DNA from: Candidatus Tenderia sp.
GTDB lineage: Bacteria > Pseudomonadota > Gammaproteobacteria > Tenderiales > Tenderiaceae
Length of the DNA stretch: 64,000 nucleotides
Direction: 5' to 3'
Assembly: GCA_031416075.1 (NCBI GenBank)
Contig: JANOSY010000014.1
Coordinates: 32,001 to 96,000, forward strand
Positions 10,371 through 20,021 of this stretch are shown in pieces. The first letter of the stretch is position 1. Every line of letters begins with the position of its first letter. Position numbers and translations under genes: made by a program. Under the pieces are notes generated by a model that was not told where the DNA came from, did no database searches, and saw only the letters and a list, made by a program, of their open reading frames with translations.

Positions 10371-11455
10371 GTAAATGACCTGGTCTTTTCTGCTCGGTAT
10401 TTTTCCAGTACTGAGTAGGTGCTGGCGAGCTTTCCAGTGATGCTGCTGCTGTAAATGGTATGTTGCGTTTGTATATAGCTGTCTTTAGTCCATTTTCGTT
10501 TTGACGGCTCAATAATGCCAAGATAATCAAATAGCATTAATTTGTTATCATGTAGGTCCAAAAAAACCATATAGTCTATAAGATGCCCCGGGCTATACTG
10601 TTTGTATTTCTCTTTGAAACTGGTTTTAAGGCACTCACAAACCCCGTTAAACACGATGTTTATACTATGTGCAAAGGGTTCGTTATCTAGATAAATAATT
10701 GCGCCTCTTAACCAGCCCCGTTTGGCTGATTTTGGTATGAAAGAGTTATAAAAATCTTGCTGGTACTGATTTTTAGTAATAGAAGTGCCCGCTTCTTCTT
10801 TCCACGATGCGCGTTCTATTTCATAGACATCACTTAGAAAATCGGCACTTTCGTTTTCATGAGTAATGGTCTTGAATGTTAACCGCCCAGTCTGTTCGAG
10901 ACTTTTTATGCTTGTTCTGATGGTGTATCTGAATTTTTTCTCTAAGGTGTTTAAAATGTCATCTCTATTTTCAGGGAGTTTTTTCCAGGCAGATATAATG
11001 TGTTGTGTGCTGGTATAAGATGTGCCTGATTGGGTTAGATAGTTTGTGATAGCTTCGTTGTCTTCTGGATTGCAAGTGGTCAATTTAAATGATGCGATGT
11101 CATTTTTTTCTATTATTGAAGAGATTATATTAATAGAGGAGGCTGTTGATTTTCTGATGAGTCCGTTGCGAGTTGCATATAGTTCGGCTACTTGCGACAG
11201 ATTTTTTTCCTGATATAGGTATCTGTTTTTCTGTTTTTTATACACGGGTAGAATGGCTGTTATTTCGTTTTTATCTCGGGCAATATACACGTGTATCAGT
11301 TCATTTTTCAGGCGGGTCTCTGCCAACGATTCAGTCCATTCATAGGTCATTGATATACCCGGTGTTTGAATATGGGGACTGTCATGTGATAACAAGGCGT
11401 TCCATGTGTCACGTAATTCTCTGCATGCCTCCAAGGTTTTTATTTCGATATTCAT
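10367..11455 (-). CDS. GNAT acyltransferase, CelD/BcsL-like
   Basis: KKFRY, IERASWKEEAGTSI, KTSFKEKYKQYSPG, FDYLG..SKRKWT. Confidence 0.8.
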   Translation of the reverse strand: MNIEIKTLEACRELRDTWNALLSHDSPHIQTPGISMTYEWTESLAETRLKNELIHVYIARDKNEITAILPVYKKQKNRYLYQEKNLSQVAELYATRNGLIRKSTASSINIISSIIEKNDIASFKLTTCNPEDNEAITNYLTQSGTSYTSTQHIISAWKKLPENRDDILNTLEKKFRYTIRTSIKSLEQTGRLTFKTITHENESADFLSDVYEIERASWKEEAGTSITKNQYQQDFYNSFIPKSAKRGWLRGAIIYLDNEPFAHSINIVFNGVCECLKTSFKEKYKQYSPGHLIDYMVFLDLHDNKLMLFDYLGIIEPSKRKWTKDSYIQTQHTIYSSSITGKLASTYSVLEKYRAEKTRSFT

Positions 11456-11462
11456 TAAATAT

Positions 11463-12623
11463 TTAGCCTAATACCGTTTTTATTGCCATGGCGGTTTTGT
11501 TAATTTGTTGTGGCGTTATATTTTGGTGCACAGATAGGCTTAGTAGTGATTTTGATAGGTATTGGGCTGTTTCAATGGTTTCAGTGGAGCTGCATTTATT
11601 AATGCTGCTGTGTAGCTCTTCACCAAAGGTAAAAAGCACACCTCCGGATTTTTTTATGAGATGGTCGTAGTCGCTGCGGTTGTGGATTAATACTGGATAA
11701 GCCCATGGGCAACAGCGTTTTGGGAGTGTTGGGAACAGTGTTTTTGCTGCTGGGTGATGGGCAATCTGTTCGGCCAAGGCTTCGTAGTTTTTACGCCGGA
11801 TGGCTGAAATCTGGGCGAGATTGCTACGTTTTAAGATATGTGAGCAGATGGCGGGGATCTTATCGGCATAATGTTCCATCTCTGCCCTGTAGGCGCTGCT
11901 TTCAGCGGGCGCGTCTGTTTCAATCTGGCCCTGCTGTTTGTTCCTGCTGTTTACACGGATCTGTTCAAGTTTCTGAAGACTGTGTTTGATGATGCCGTCT
12001 GACATGTTGTTGATTGAGTATTCAACAATATGTTTGATATTTTTTAGTTTGGTTGTGGTGCTGAGGGTGATGCCATTTTTTTCGATGGCTGATACGAGAT
12101 TACCGTCGTGCCGAAAGCCGCCACCCTCATGACATGGTGCAAGTTTCCAAAATGAGTAGACAGAAAACTCTGCCCGTTTCCCTGTTAGTTCTAATGGGGC
12201 AGTTTTCAAAAACGAGTGTGACCAGTCGTCAATGATGGGGATCCCCAATGTGTCGCAGACGGCCTTGATTTCCGTAATCTCCTGTTCAAAACCGTAGTAG
12301 TTGATGACGATAACGGCGGCGATAGTAGCTGATAGTTGGCTGATCAGATCCTGATTATCGATACTTAGATCGGCATTGATTCGGTAATATTGAACATTTA
12401 ATCCGGCATCCAGAATAGGGTGGATCACGGTTGGGCAGTGAAAGCTGGGGGCCAGTACGGTTTTTGCCGGACTCGATCTGCTGGATAATAGCGCTCTATA
12501 GATGGCACCACGTGCTTTGTAGGTCAGGTGTGTCTGCGGATCGTCGTAGATTAGTGCCAGAGAGTTGGAGTCTTCCGGCTTGGTAAGATCAGAAAAATGG
12601 GCGGTAGGGTGGGTGCTTGTCAT
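11463..12623 (-). CDS. DegT/DnrJ/EryC1/StrS-family PLP aminotransferase
   Basis: VLAPSFHCPTV, INYYGF, IIDDWSHS, YSFWK (PLP Lys)..EGG, RRKNY, LSLSVHQ. Confidence 0.8.
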   Translation of the reverse strand: MTSTHPTAHFSDLTKPEDSNSLALIYDDPQTHLTYKARGAIYRALLSSRSSPAKTVLAPSFHCPTVIHPILDAGLNVQYYRINADLSIDNQDLISQLSATIAAVIVINYYGFEQEITEIKAVCDTLGIPIIDDWSHSFLKTAPLELTGKRAEFSVYSFWKLAPCHEGGGFRHDGNLVSAIEKNGITLSTTTKLKNIKHIVEYSINNMSDGIIKHSLQKLEQIRVNSRNKQQGQIETDAPAESSAYRAEMEHYADKIPAICSHILKRSNLAQISAIRRKNYEALAEQIAHHPAAKTLFPTLPKRCCPWAYPVLIHNRSDYDHLIKKSGGVLFTFGEELHSSINKCSSTETIETAQYLSKSLLSLSVHQNITPQQINKTAMAIKTVLG

Positions 12624-12851
12624 CTCATTGTCTATAGTGGTTTTGCCATTAAAAATAAGGTCTTATTATCGGGTAATCTGTTACCATTTTCTACCTAATA
12701 TTGCGACTCTTGGCGGTGAGTAGCGCAATGTTGCGGTGATTTGTGTTGTTGTTTTTATCGGGTTTGCCGCTGTAATGTTAAGTTTTGCGGGTTGGTTTTG
12801 TGTGTGAGCCGCGTGTTTTATGGGTTTGTAATTGTCTGAGAAGGTAAGAAA

Positions 12852-13100
12852 ATGGCGTTGATCGATGAAGTTAAACAGATTCTTGGCGATGTTCTGCAGT
12901 TGGGAGACAAGGGTGACACCATGTCTGAAAGCACCCTGTTGCTGGGTAGTATGCCTGAGTTTGACTCGATGGCGGTGGTCTCTGTCATTACGGCAATTGA
13001 AGAGAATTACGGTTTTGTGGTGGATGATGATGAGATCGACGCCGAGGTGTTTGAGTCGATAGGGAGCTTGGCCCGTTTTGTAGAGCGGAAGCTCGGCTGA
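12852..13100 (+). CDS. Acyl carrier protein (exosortase A system-associated type)
   Basis: 82 aa, acidic, LLGSMPEFDSMAVV with the phosphopantetheine Ser, DAEVFESIGSL. Confidence 0.9.
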   Translation: MALIDEVKQILGDVLQLGDKGDTMSESTLLLGSMPEFDSMAVVSVITAIEENYGFVVDDDEIDAEVFESIGSLARFVERKLG

Positions 13101-13936
13101 TGTCTTTAAGAGGGATTGGGTGCCAGCCACTCTTTCTTAACGGGGCGCAGGGCCGCCTGTTTGCGCTGAGTTACCACCCCCCCCAGCTATTAACGCGCCG
13201 CCATGGTGTGTTGATTGTTCCGCCGTTTGCGGAGGAGATGAATAAGTCACGCCGCATGTTGTCGCAGCAGGCACGGCTGCTGGCGGAGGAGGGGTATTTA
13301 ACCCTTATGCCTGACCTTTATGGGACGGGAGAGAGTGACGGTGAGTTTAGTGATGCCAGCTGGACCGGTTGGTGTGAAGATCTGGTGTGTGGCTATCGCT
13401 GGTTGCGGGAGCGTGGTGTCGATACGGTGTCAGTATTGGCGCAGCGTACGGGGGCGCTTCTGGTGACAGCGCTGGTGCGTGAGAAGGGCGTCACGTTGAA
13501 CCGGCTGGTTTTGTGGCAGCCGGTTGTCTCCGGGGATATGTTTCTGACCCAGTTTTTACGGTTGCGCCTGGCGGCAGAGATGGCTAAAGGTGTAGCTGGG
13601 AGATCCAGTGTGTCCCAGATTAGAGCGGAACTGGAGGAAAAAGGGGTGGTTGAGGTGGCCGGTTATACACTTTCACAGCATCTGGCGTTGCCGTTAGGTG
13701 ATAGCCGCATGGAGTTTCCTGCTGGCTGTTTTGCCGGTGAGTTGCACTGGTGTGAGCTGGTAGCAACCGCTGACCGGGCGGTAACGGCAGTGACACAACG
13801 TGCGCTGGATGCACTTCAGGCCGGTGGCGTTCATTGTGAATTACACAAGGTGGTTGGGCACCCCTTTTGGGGGGCGACAGAGATTGAGGATCTGCCCATG
13901 TTACAAGAGACCACGCGGCGGATATTTCTGCAGTGA
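13100..13936 (+). CDS. Alpha/beta hydrolase 2, exosortase A system-associated
   Basis: PPFAEEMNKSRR, DLYGTGESDG, LWQPV..G..FLTQFLRLR, EVAGY; TIGR03101-type. Confidence 0.85.
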   Translation: MSLRGIGCQPLFLNGAQGRLFALSYHPPQLLTRRHGVLIVPPFAEEMNKSRRMLSQQARLLAEEGYLTLMPDLYGTGESDGEFSDASWTGWCEDLVCGYRWLRERGVDTVSVLAQRTGALLVTALVREKGVTLNRLVLWQPVVSGDMFLTQFLRLRLAAEMAKGVAGRSSVSQIRAELEEKGVVEVAGYTLSQHLALPLGDSRMEFPAGCFAGELHWCELVATADRAVTAVTQRALDALQAGGVHCELHKVVGHPFWGATEIEDLPMLQETTRRIFLQ

Positions 13937-14805
13937 TGGCCACGGTTGCCGAGACTCCACTGCTGTTCAGGTGTGGTGATAAAGAGTTGTTGGGTATGTT
14001 GCATCTGCCCCAGCAGCCTCAGCGTACCGGTGTGGTGGTGGTGGTGGGTGGGCCGCAGTACCGGGTTGGATCGCACCGTCAATTTCTGCTTTTAGCACGC
14101 TTCCTCTCTCGGCAGGGTGTTGCCGTCTTTCGTTTTGATTACCGGGGTATGGGAGATAGCGAGGGGGAGATCGGTAGTTTTGAGACGGTGGATGATGACA
14201 TAAAGGCGGCTGTGGATACCTTTATGGCCAACGCGCCGGGTGTAGAGCAGGTGATGTTATGGGGGTTGTGTGATGCCGCCTCTGCCGCGCTCTTTTATGC
14301 CCACCAGGATCGACGTATCAGTCATTTGTTGTTGCTCAACCCTTGGGTCAGGACAGAGGCGGGGCAGGCCAAAGCCTATTTGCGCCACTACTATCTGCAG
14401 CGTGTGATGGATAGGGAGTTCTGGGCAAAACTGTTCTCTGGCAGGTTTGATTTTCGTGCCTCCCTACGTTCAATTTTGAGCTTTATCAGAACCAGTCGCC
14501 AAGGGGGTGCGGTAGAGCGTGTTGAAGCGGATAACCATCGGCCAGCGCCACCATTACCGCTGCCTGAGCGGATGCTGGAGGGGTTGGGCCGTTTTGAAGG
14601 CAAGGTGCGGATTATCATCAGTGGTGATGATCTGACGGCGGCTGAGTTTATGGATTTGGTAAAATCGTCAAAGGGTTGGCGTAAGATATTAAAAAAGCGG
14701 CGGGTTGATTTTAAGTCTCTGGACGGGGCCAACCACACCTTTTCAACTCAGCAGTGGCGTGACCAAGTGGCGGAATGGAGTCTCGAATGGATAGATACGG
14801 AATGA
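13933..14805 (+). CDS. Alpha/beta hydrolase 1, exosortase A system-associated
   Basis: VGGPQYRVGSHRQF, FDYRGMGDSEG, WGLCDAASA, LLNPWVR, ANHTFS; TIGR03100-type. Confidence 0.9.
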   Translation: MMATVAETPLLFRCGDKELLGMLHLPQQPQRTGVVVVVGGPQYRVGSHRQFLLLARFLSRQGVAVFRFDYRGMGDSEGEIGSFETVDDDIKAAVDTFMANAPGVEQVMLWGLCDAASAALFYAHQDRRISHLLLLNPWVRTEAGQAKAYLRHYYLQRVMDREFWAKLFSGRFDFRASLRSILSFIRTSRQGGAVERVEADNHRPAPPLPLPERMLEGLGRFEGKVRIIISGDDLTAAEFMDLVKSSKGWRKILKKRRVDFKSLDGANHTFSTQQWRDQVAEWSLEWIDTE

Positions 14806-15941
14806 GTTCTGTGCGGTGGTGGCTCGGAATATTACTGATTGTGGCCGGAGTGGCCGAAGCGCGTACGCTGCAGGTGGGACCTGGCAAGCAGTTCCTGTTT
14901 CCCAGTGTGGCGGCCCAGTTTGCCGAGGATGGTGATCTGATTGAGATTGACGCAGCGGGACTCTATCAAAATGACCATGTGGTCTGGCCGCAGAACAATA
15001 TCACCATCAAGGGTGTGAATGGTCGTCCACATTTGAAGAGCTTTGGTTTGATCCCGAACCAGAAGGGGGTATGGGTCATTCAGGGGAACGGTGTGACTGT
15101 GACCAATGTCGAGATCTCCGGTGCCAAGGTGAAAGATGGTAATGGCGCGGCTATCCGCCTGGAGGGGGAGAATTTCCACCTGTCCGACTGTTTAATCCAT
15201 AGTAACCAAAACGGTATTCTCGCTGGCATACGCCAACCCGACAGTGAAGTGTTAATTGAGCGCTGTGAATTTGCCTTTAACGGTGCGGGTGATGGATATA
15301 CCCATAATATCTACATTGGTGAGGTGGGTAAGTTTACCCTGCGTGACAGCTACTCCCACAATGCGTTGGTGGGCCAGAATGTAAAGTCACGGGCGAAAGA
15401 GAACTACATCCTCTACAACCGGCTGTTTGAAGGGACAACCAGTTATGCGGTGGACCTCTCAAACGGCGGCTATGGCTTGGTGATGGGGAATATTCTTTAT
15501 CAGGGGAAGGATACTGAAAACTGGACGCTGGTGACGTTTGGTCCAGAGGGGCTGAGCTATCCTGAGAACAAGCTGGAGGTGGTTTACAACACCTTTTTGA
15601 GTGAACGTGCCGGTGCTGGTGTCTTTGTGAAGGCCGCAGATAAGGCGGACGTGAAGATTATCAATAATATTTTTGGCGGTATTGCAGAGCTGTTTTTGGG
15701 TGATAAAAGCAGTGCGCGGATTGAAAATAATGTGCAGGAGAAGATGCCCTACGGTAGTTTCTCCCCCCAAGGGGTCACCTTAAGCGGTCTTGTGGCATCC
15801 AAGGTTATCGACATGGCTGTGCCGGTGGTTGATCTGCGTGGCGAGGCGCTGTTACCACTCCGGCAGACCATTGCCAGTGTTGTGGGTACTCGCAAACCCC
15901 TGGGCAAGGGGTTGGATATTGGCGCGCTGGAGTACCGTTAG
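14802..15941 (+). CDS. Secreted right-handed parallel beta-helix protein (putative polysaccharide-acting enzyme)
   Basis: ATG 14802 overlaps the upstream TGA; signal peptide (VAEA-RTLQVGPG); Asn-rich beta-helix coils, DGNGAAIRLEG, HNIY, VKSRA. Confidence 0.65.
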   Translation: MSSVRWWLGILLIVAGVAEARTLQVGPGKQFLFPSVAAQFAEDGDLIEIDAAGLYQNDHVVWPQNNITIKGVNGRPHLKSFGLIPNQKGVWVIQGNGVTVTNVEISGAKVKDGNGAAIRLEGENFHLSDCLIHSNQNGILAGIRQPDSEVLIERCEFAFNGAGDGYTHNIYIGEVGKFTLRDSYSHNALVGQNVKSRAKENYILYNRLFEGTTSYAVDLSNGGYGLVMGNILYQGKDTENWTLVTFGPEGLSYPENKLEVVYNTFLSERAGAGVFVKAADKADVKIINNIFGGIAELFLGDKSSARIENNVQEKMPYGSFSPQGVTLSGLVASKVIDMAVPVVDLRGEALLPLRQTIASVVGTRKPLGKGLDIGALEYR

Positions 15942-15968
15942 CGCGATTGCCAGGGTCTGTAACAGGCC

Positions 15969-17201
15969 CTAAAGCAGCAGTTCGCTGGCAGGCGGGTGAC
16001 TCAAAAACCTCTCCGGGCTAGCGCTCAGGCCATAGGCCCCTGACTGATAAATAGCCACCAGATCACCAACTTCCGTTTTGGGCAGCTCCATTTTGCTGGC
16101 CAGCAGATCGAGTGGTGTACAGAGTGGTCCCACAACCGTAACGTTTTCATGCTCCGTGCAATCCATGCGGTTGGCGATGGCGACGGGGTAGTTTTTGCGG
16201 ATGACCTGGCCAAAGTTGCCCGAGGCGGCAAGGTGGTGGTGCAGGCCGCCATCGGTCACAATAAACCGCTCCCCACGGGACTCTTTGATATCGATCACCC
16301 GACAGATATAGAGTCCCGCCTCGCCGACAATAAACCGTCCCAGCTCAGTGATGAGTGCTGTTTCGGGTAGTGACTTGCTGAAGGTTGCCATTAAACGTTC
16401 GAGGTTCTCACCAATGGGGCGCAGATCAAGTCGCTTTTCACCGGGAAAGTAGGGGATGCCTAGGCCGCCACCTATGTTTAAGTGGTGCGGCGGCTGCGGT
16501 GCTGTGTTGCTGAGGCGCAACGCCAGTGCCAGTGTCTTTTCGTGGGCTTCCATAATCGCTTCAGGATTGAGGTTTTGTGATCCCCAGAAGAGGTGAAAGC
16601 CGCGAAACTCCAGCGCCATCCCTGCCATCTCCCGCAACATGGCGGGTACCTGTTCCGCATCCACACCAAAAGGTTTGGGGCCGCCGCCCATCTTCATGCC
16701 GGAAGATTTCAGGTCGTAATCGGGGTTTACCCGTACTGCCACGCGGGGTGTAATGCCCAGCGCCATGCCTATCTGTGTGGCGCGGCGCATCTCGGTGACC
16801 GACTCAAGGTTGATGGTGATGGTTGCGGCGATGGCCTGGCGCAGCTCACGGTCAGTTTTGCCGGGACCGGCGATGCTGATTTTTTCTGCCGTCATGGTGG
16901 TATCAAGGGCCGTTTGCATCTCGCCAGCAGAGGCGAGGTCAAAACCATCCACCAGTGTTGCCAGGTGTTGTACAACGGCGGGCATGGGATTGGCCTTGAT
17001 GGCGTAGTGGAGTTTCAGTGCTGTTGGCAGGGCATCACGTAGGTACTGGATACGTTCGCTGATCAGACGGCGGTCGTAGGCGTAAAAGGGGGTCTGCCCA
17101 ACCCGTTCCGCCAGCTGTGTGATGGGCATGCCCCCCACCTGGAGTTCGCCGTTGATAGTGGGGAACTGTTCCATCGGCGCGTGTATGGGTCTCTCTTTCA
17201 C
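15969..17201 (-). CDS. Pyridoxal-dependent (LysA-like, fold III) decarboxylase, exosortase A system-associated
   Basis: TPFYAYD, HYAIKANP (PLP Lys), GGGLGIPYF, ELGR, HHHLAASGNFGQVIRKNYP, GPLCTPLD; TIGR03099-type. Confidence 0.9.
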   Translation of the reverse strand: MKERPIHAPMEQFPTINGELQVGGMPITQLAERVGQTPFYAYDRRLISERIQYLRDALPTALKLHYAIKANPMPAVVQHLATLVDGFDLASAGEMQTALDTTMTAEKISIAGPGKTDRELRQAIAATITINLESVTEMRRATQIGMALGITPRVAVRVNPDYDLKSSGMKMGGGPKPFGVDAEQVPAMLREMAGMALEFRGFHLFWGSQNLNPEAIMEAHEKTLALALRLSNTAPQPPHHLNIGGGLGIPYFPGEKRLDLRPIGENLERLMATFSKSLPETALITELGRFIVGEAGLYICRVIDIKESRGERFIVTDGGLHHHLAASGNFGQVIRKNYPVAIANRMDCTEHENVTVVGPLCTPLDLLASKMELPKTEVGDLVAIYQSGAYGLSASPERFLSHPPASELLL

Positions 17202-17219
17202 AGGTCACTCATCCTTACA

Positions 17220-18800
17220 TCAGTCAAACAGATTCTGGTATTCGCCGCTGAGCAGTTTGCGGTCGATCTTACCGTTGGGGTTGCGAGGTAGGGCGTTGCG
17301 TTGCTCAATGGCGTGGGGCACCATAAAGTTAGGCAACTGCTGTTTGCAGTGGCTGATGATTTTGTCAGGCTCCAGCTCGCCGGCCTGATTGGCGGTGGCC
17401 ACCAACAGAATGGCTTGGCCGAGGGTGGGGTGGGGGATGCCCAAGGCTACCACTTCGCCCACCAGCTGGCTGGCGTAGATCACCTCTTCCACCTCGGTTG
17501 GGCTGACACGATAGCCGGAGGTTTTGATCATTTCGTCACGGCGCGCCACAAAATAGAGATACCCCTCATCATCCATTTTGACGGTATCACCCGACCAGAC
17601 CGCAATTTCGGTGAGGGTGAGCGCCGGATTTTGCCCGGGCAGCGGTTTAAAACGTTCGGCGGTTTTGGCCGGATCATTCCAGTAGCCCATGGCCACCAGT
17701 GCCCCCCGATGTACCAGCTCGCCCGGCTCACCCGGCGCACAGCCACTGCCATCTTCACGCACGACCATAATCTCAGCATTGGGGATCGCCTTGCCCATGG
17801 AGTCAGGGCGGTTGTCGATCTCCTCCGGCGGCAGATAGGTGGAGCGGAACGCTTCGGTCAGGCCATACATGAGGAAAAACCGGCTGTTGGGCAAGGAGGT
17901 ACGTAATCTGGCCAAGGTGGTTTTAGGCATTGCGCCACCAGAGTTGGTCATGTAACGCAGAGAACTAATCGCCTCTGCTGGCCACTCCAGCTCCGCCAGC
18001 TGGTTCCAGAGCGGTGGTACCCCGGCCAGACCGGTGATCTGTGCATTGGCCACCATCTTCACCACATCCCGTGGCAGCAGATAGTCCATCAGTACCGTGG
18101 TTGCGCCGGTATAAAAGGCGGTACTCAGCTGGCTGAAACCGTAATCAAAACTGAAGGGCAATACGGCGAGCAGGCGGTCTTCCGGGCTGTTGTGCAGATA
18201 CTCCGCCACACTTTTTGCCCCCGCCACCATGTTTTTGTGAGAGAGCACCACCCCTTTGGGTTTACCGGTACTGCCAGAGGTGTAGAGGATAGCGGCCATA
18301 TCGGCGTCAATCCGGCGGTGTGGCCGTCTGCCCGTACCTATTCCGCGTAGCACATCCCAGGCGAGGCAGTTCACGGGAGCGCCCTCTGGCAGGTTGGCAG
18401 CCGCACAGTTGACCACGATAATAGTGTGCAGATCGTGGCACTGTGGCAACATCTCTTTCAGCTGTTCATAACGTTCTTTGGCGGTGATCAGTATACGGAC
18501 ATTACAATCGGCCAGGATGTAACCAACCTGTGGGCTTTTGAGCAGTGGATTGATCGGTACAAATACCCCGCCTGCCTGGCTGATGGCAAAAAATGAGATG
18601 ACACTCTCGGGCAGCTTAGGCAGATAGATGGCCACCCGCTCGTCGCGCCCCAGACCGATATCGAGCAACGCCTGGGCAATAGACTCCACCTCAAGTGCCA
18701 GCGTTGCGTAACTGTACCGGCTGTTTTTATGTTGCAGCGCCACCTGTTCGGGGCGCTGCGTGGCGGAGTTTATAATCAGGTTGTGGAGTAGGTCAGTCAT
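17220..18800 (-). CDS. Acyl-CoA ligase (AMP-forming), exosortase A system-associated
   Basis: YTSGSTGKPKG, MYGLTEAFRSTYL, KTSGYRVSPTEVE, PRNPNGKIDR; TIGR03098-type. Start 18800 is preferred over 18818. Confidence 0.9.
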   Translation of the reverse strand: MTDLLHNLIINSATQRPEQVALQHKNSRYSYATLALEVESIAQALLDIGLGRDERVAIYLPKLPESVISFFAISQAGGVFVPINPLLKSPQVGYILADCNVRILITAKERYEQLKEMLPQCHDLHTIIVVNCAAANLPEGAPVNCLAWDVLRGIGTGRRPHRRIDADMAAILYTSGSTGKPKGVVLSHKNMVAGAKSVAEYLHNSPEDRLLAVLPFSFDYGFSQLSTAFYTGATTVLMDYLLPRDVVKMVANAQITGLAGVPPLWNQLAELEWPAEAISSLRYMTNSGGAMPKTTLARLRTSLPNSRFFLMYGLTEAFRSTYLPPEEIDNRPDSMGKAIPNAEIMVVREDGSGCAPGEPGELVHRGALVAMGYWNDPAKTAERFKPLPGQNPALTLTEIAVWSGDTVKMDDEGYLYFVARRDEMIKTSGYRVSPTEVEEVIYASQLVGEVVALGIPHPTLGQAILLVATANQAGELEPDKIISHCKQQLPNFMVPHAIEQRNALPRNPNGKIDRKLLSGEYQNLFD

Positions 18801-18937
18801 ACAATATGGGTGCCGCATTCCATGTGAGTTGTTGGACCATAATCAGGCGTGGCTGCCATTATAGGCTATGCTGTTGGGCGAAAAAAACTATATCCCGTCA
18901 GAGGGGTGTGTCGGTTCGAATAGGCTCTTCTTGAGCG

Positions 18938-19756
18938 ATGAGCTTATTAATGGAGGGAATCTTGAAAACGAACATCAGAAACTACCTGCGTCATTTGTGG
19001 CTATTCATGCTTGGCTGTGGTGTGGCGGCACCGCTTTGGGCGGCGGATTACTCTGAGGCTGTTGCCGTCGTCAAACCCAGCATTGTGGCGATTGCCAGCC
19101 ATCAACCATTAAGGCAGCCAGCGTTAAGTTTTATAGGCACCGGGTTTATAGTGGCAGATGGTCGACATGTTGTGACCAATGCCCACAACATTCCCGCTTA
19201 CCTTGACTCCGATAAAAAAGAGAGTTTGATGATTGTGATCCCGGGGGTGGATGGTGATGATAAAAGTGTCCGTTTGGCGATCCTGGTCAGGCAGGACAAA
19301 CTGCATGATGTGGCCATCCTGAAGTTTGCAGATGCACCATTGCCAGCACTAAAGCTTGGCGACTCTGCAAAGGTTAAAGAGGGACAAGAGTACCTGATCA
19401 CAGGGTTTCCTATCGGTAGTGTTTTGGGTTACCACGCAGTGACACATAAATCGATGGTATCGGCTATTACCCCTGTGGTGCAGCCGGTGGATAATGCAAG
19501 CCAGATCAACCCACGGATGGTTAAACGGATGTTGACGGAGTTTAAAGTCTTTCAGCTTGATGCCATCGCCTATCCCGGCAATAGTGGTAGTCCCGTTTAC
19601 AACGTTGAGACTGGCGAGGTGGTGGGGATATTAAATAGCGTATTTGTGAAAGATACCAAAGAGAGTGTGATTGAAAAACCGAGTGGGATCTCCTACGCAA
19701 TCCCCGTGCAGTACATAAAACAGTTGATGATAGATTCTGGGGTGACCACGGAGTAA
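18938..19756 (+). CDS. Exported trypsin-like (S1) serine protease without PDZ domain
   Basis: GTGF..VTNAH, HDVAIL and GNSGSP form the triad; signal peptide. The true start may be TTG 18962. Confidence 0.85.
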   Translation: MSLLMEGILKTNIRNYLRHLWLFMLGCGVAAPLWAADYSEAVAVVKPSIVAIASHQPLRQPALSFIGTGFIVADGRHVVTNAHNIPAYLDSDKKESLMIVIPGVDGDDKSVRLAILVRQDKLHDVAILKFADAPLPALKLGDSAKVKEGQEYLITGFPIGSVLGYHAVTHKSMVSAITPVVQPVDNASQINPRMVKRMLTEFKVFQLDAIAYPGNSGSPVYNVETGEVVGILNSVFVKDTKESVIEKPSGISYAIPVQYIKQLMIDSGVTTE

Positions 19757-20021
19757 CGGTGATGGGTGTTGGTAATAATGGCCCTGTTTTTGGCTAAAGC
19801 CCACAAACGGCTCATGGTTAATGGGGGTGAATTGTTCAATAATAGCCCGATTTTAGCCATTTATTGCCCCGGTGGTATGGCAAAAATGGGTCATAGTGAT
19901 ATCATCAACCCGGTAATTGGCCCCTGGGGAGGGGTTGATGAACGAATTTATTAAACACACAAAATTCACATATCCAATCGGGTAATGGATCTGTTTCGAG
20001 ATACCTCTAAGGGGAGAAAAT

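Noticed and set aside
13177-13184. C8 tract near the 5' end of hydrolase 2 (also A/T8 tracts in the EPS genes and dsrE2) as phase-variation switches
   Set aside because: The tracts are short, the frames are intact, and there is no evidence of variation without reads.
19757-20021. Possible structured RNA or riboswitch upstream of cytochrome c4 (CATCAACCC...GGGTTGATG)
   Set aside because: A single stem with no recognisable family signature.
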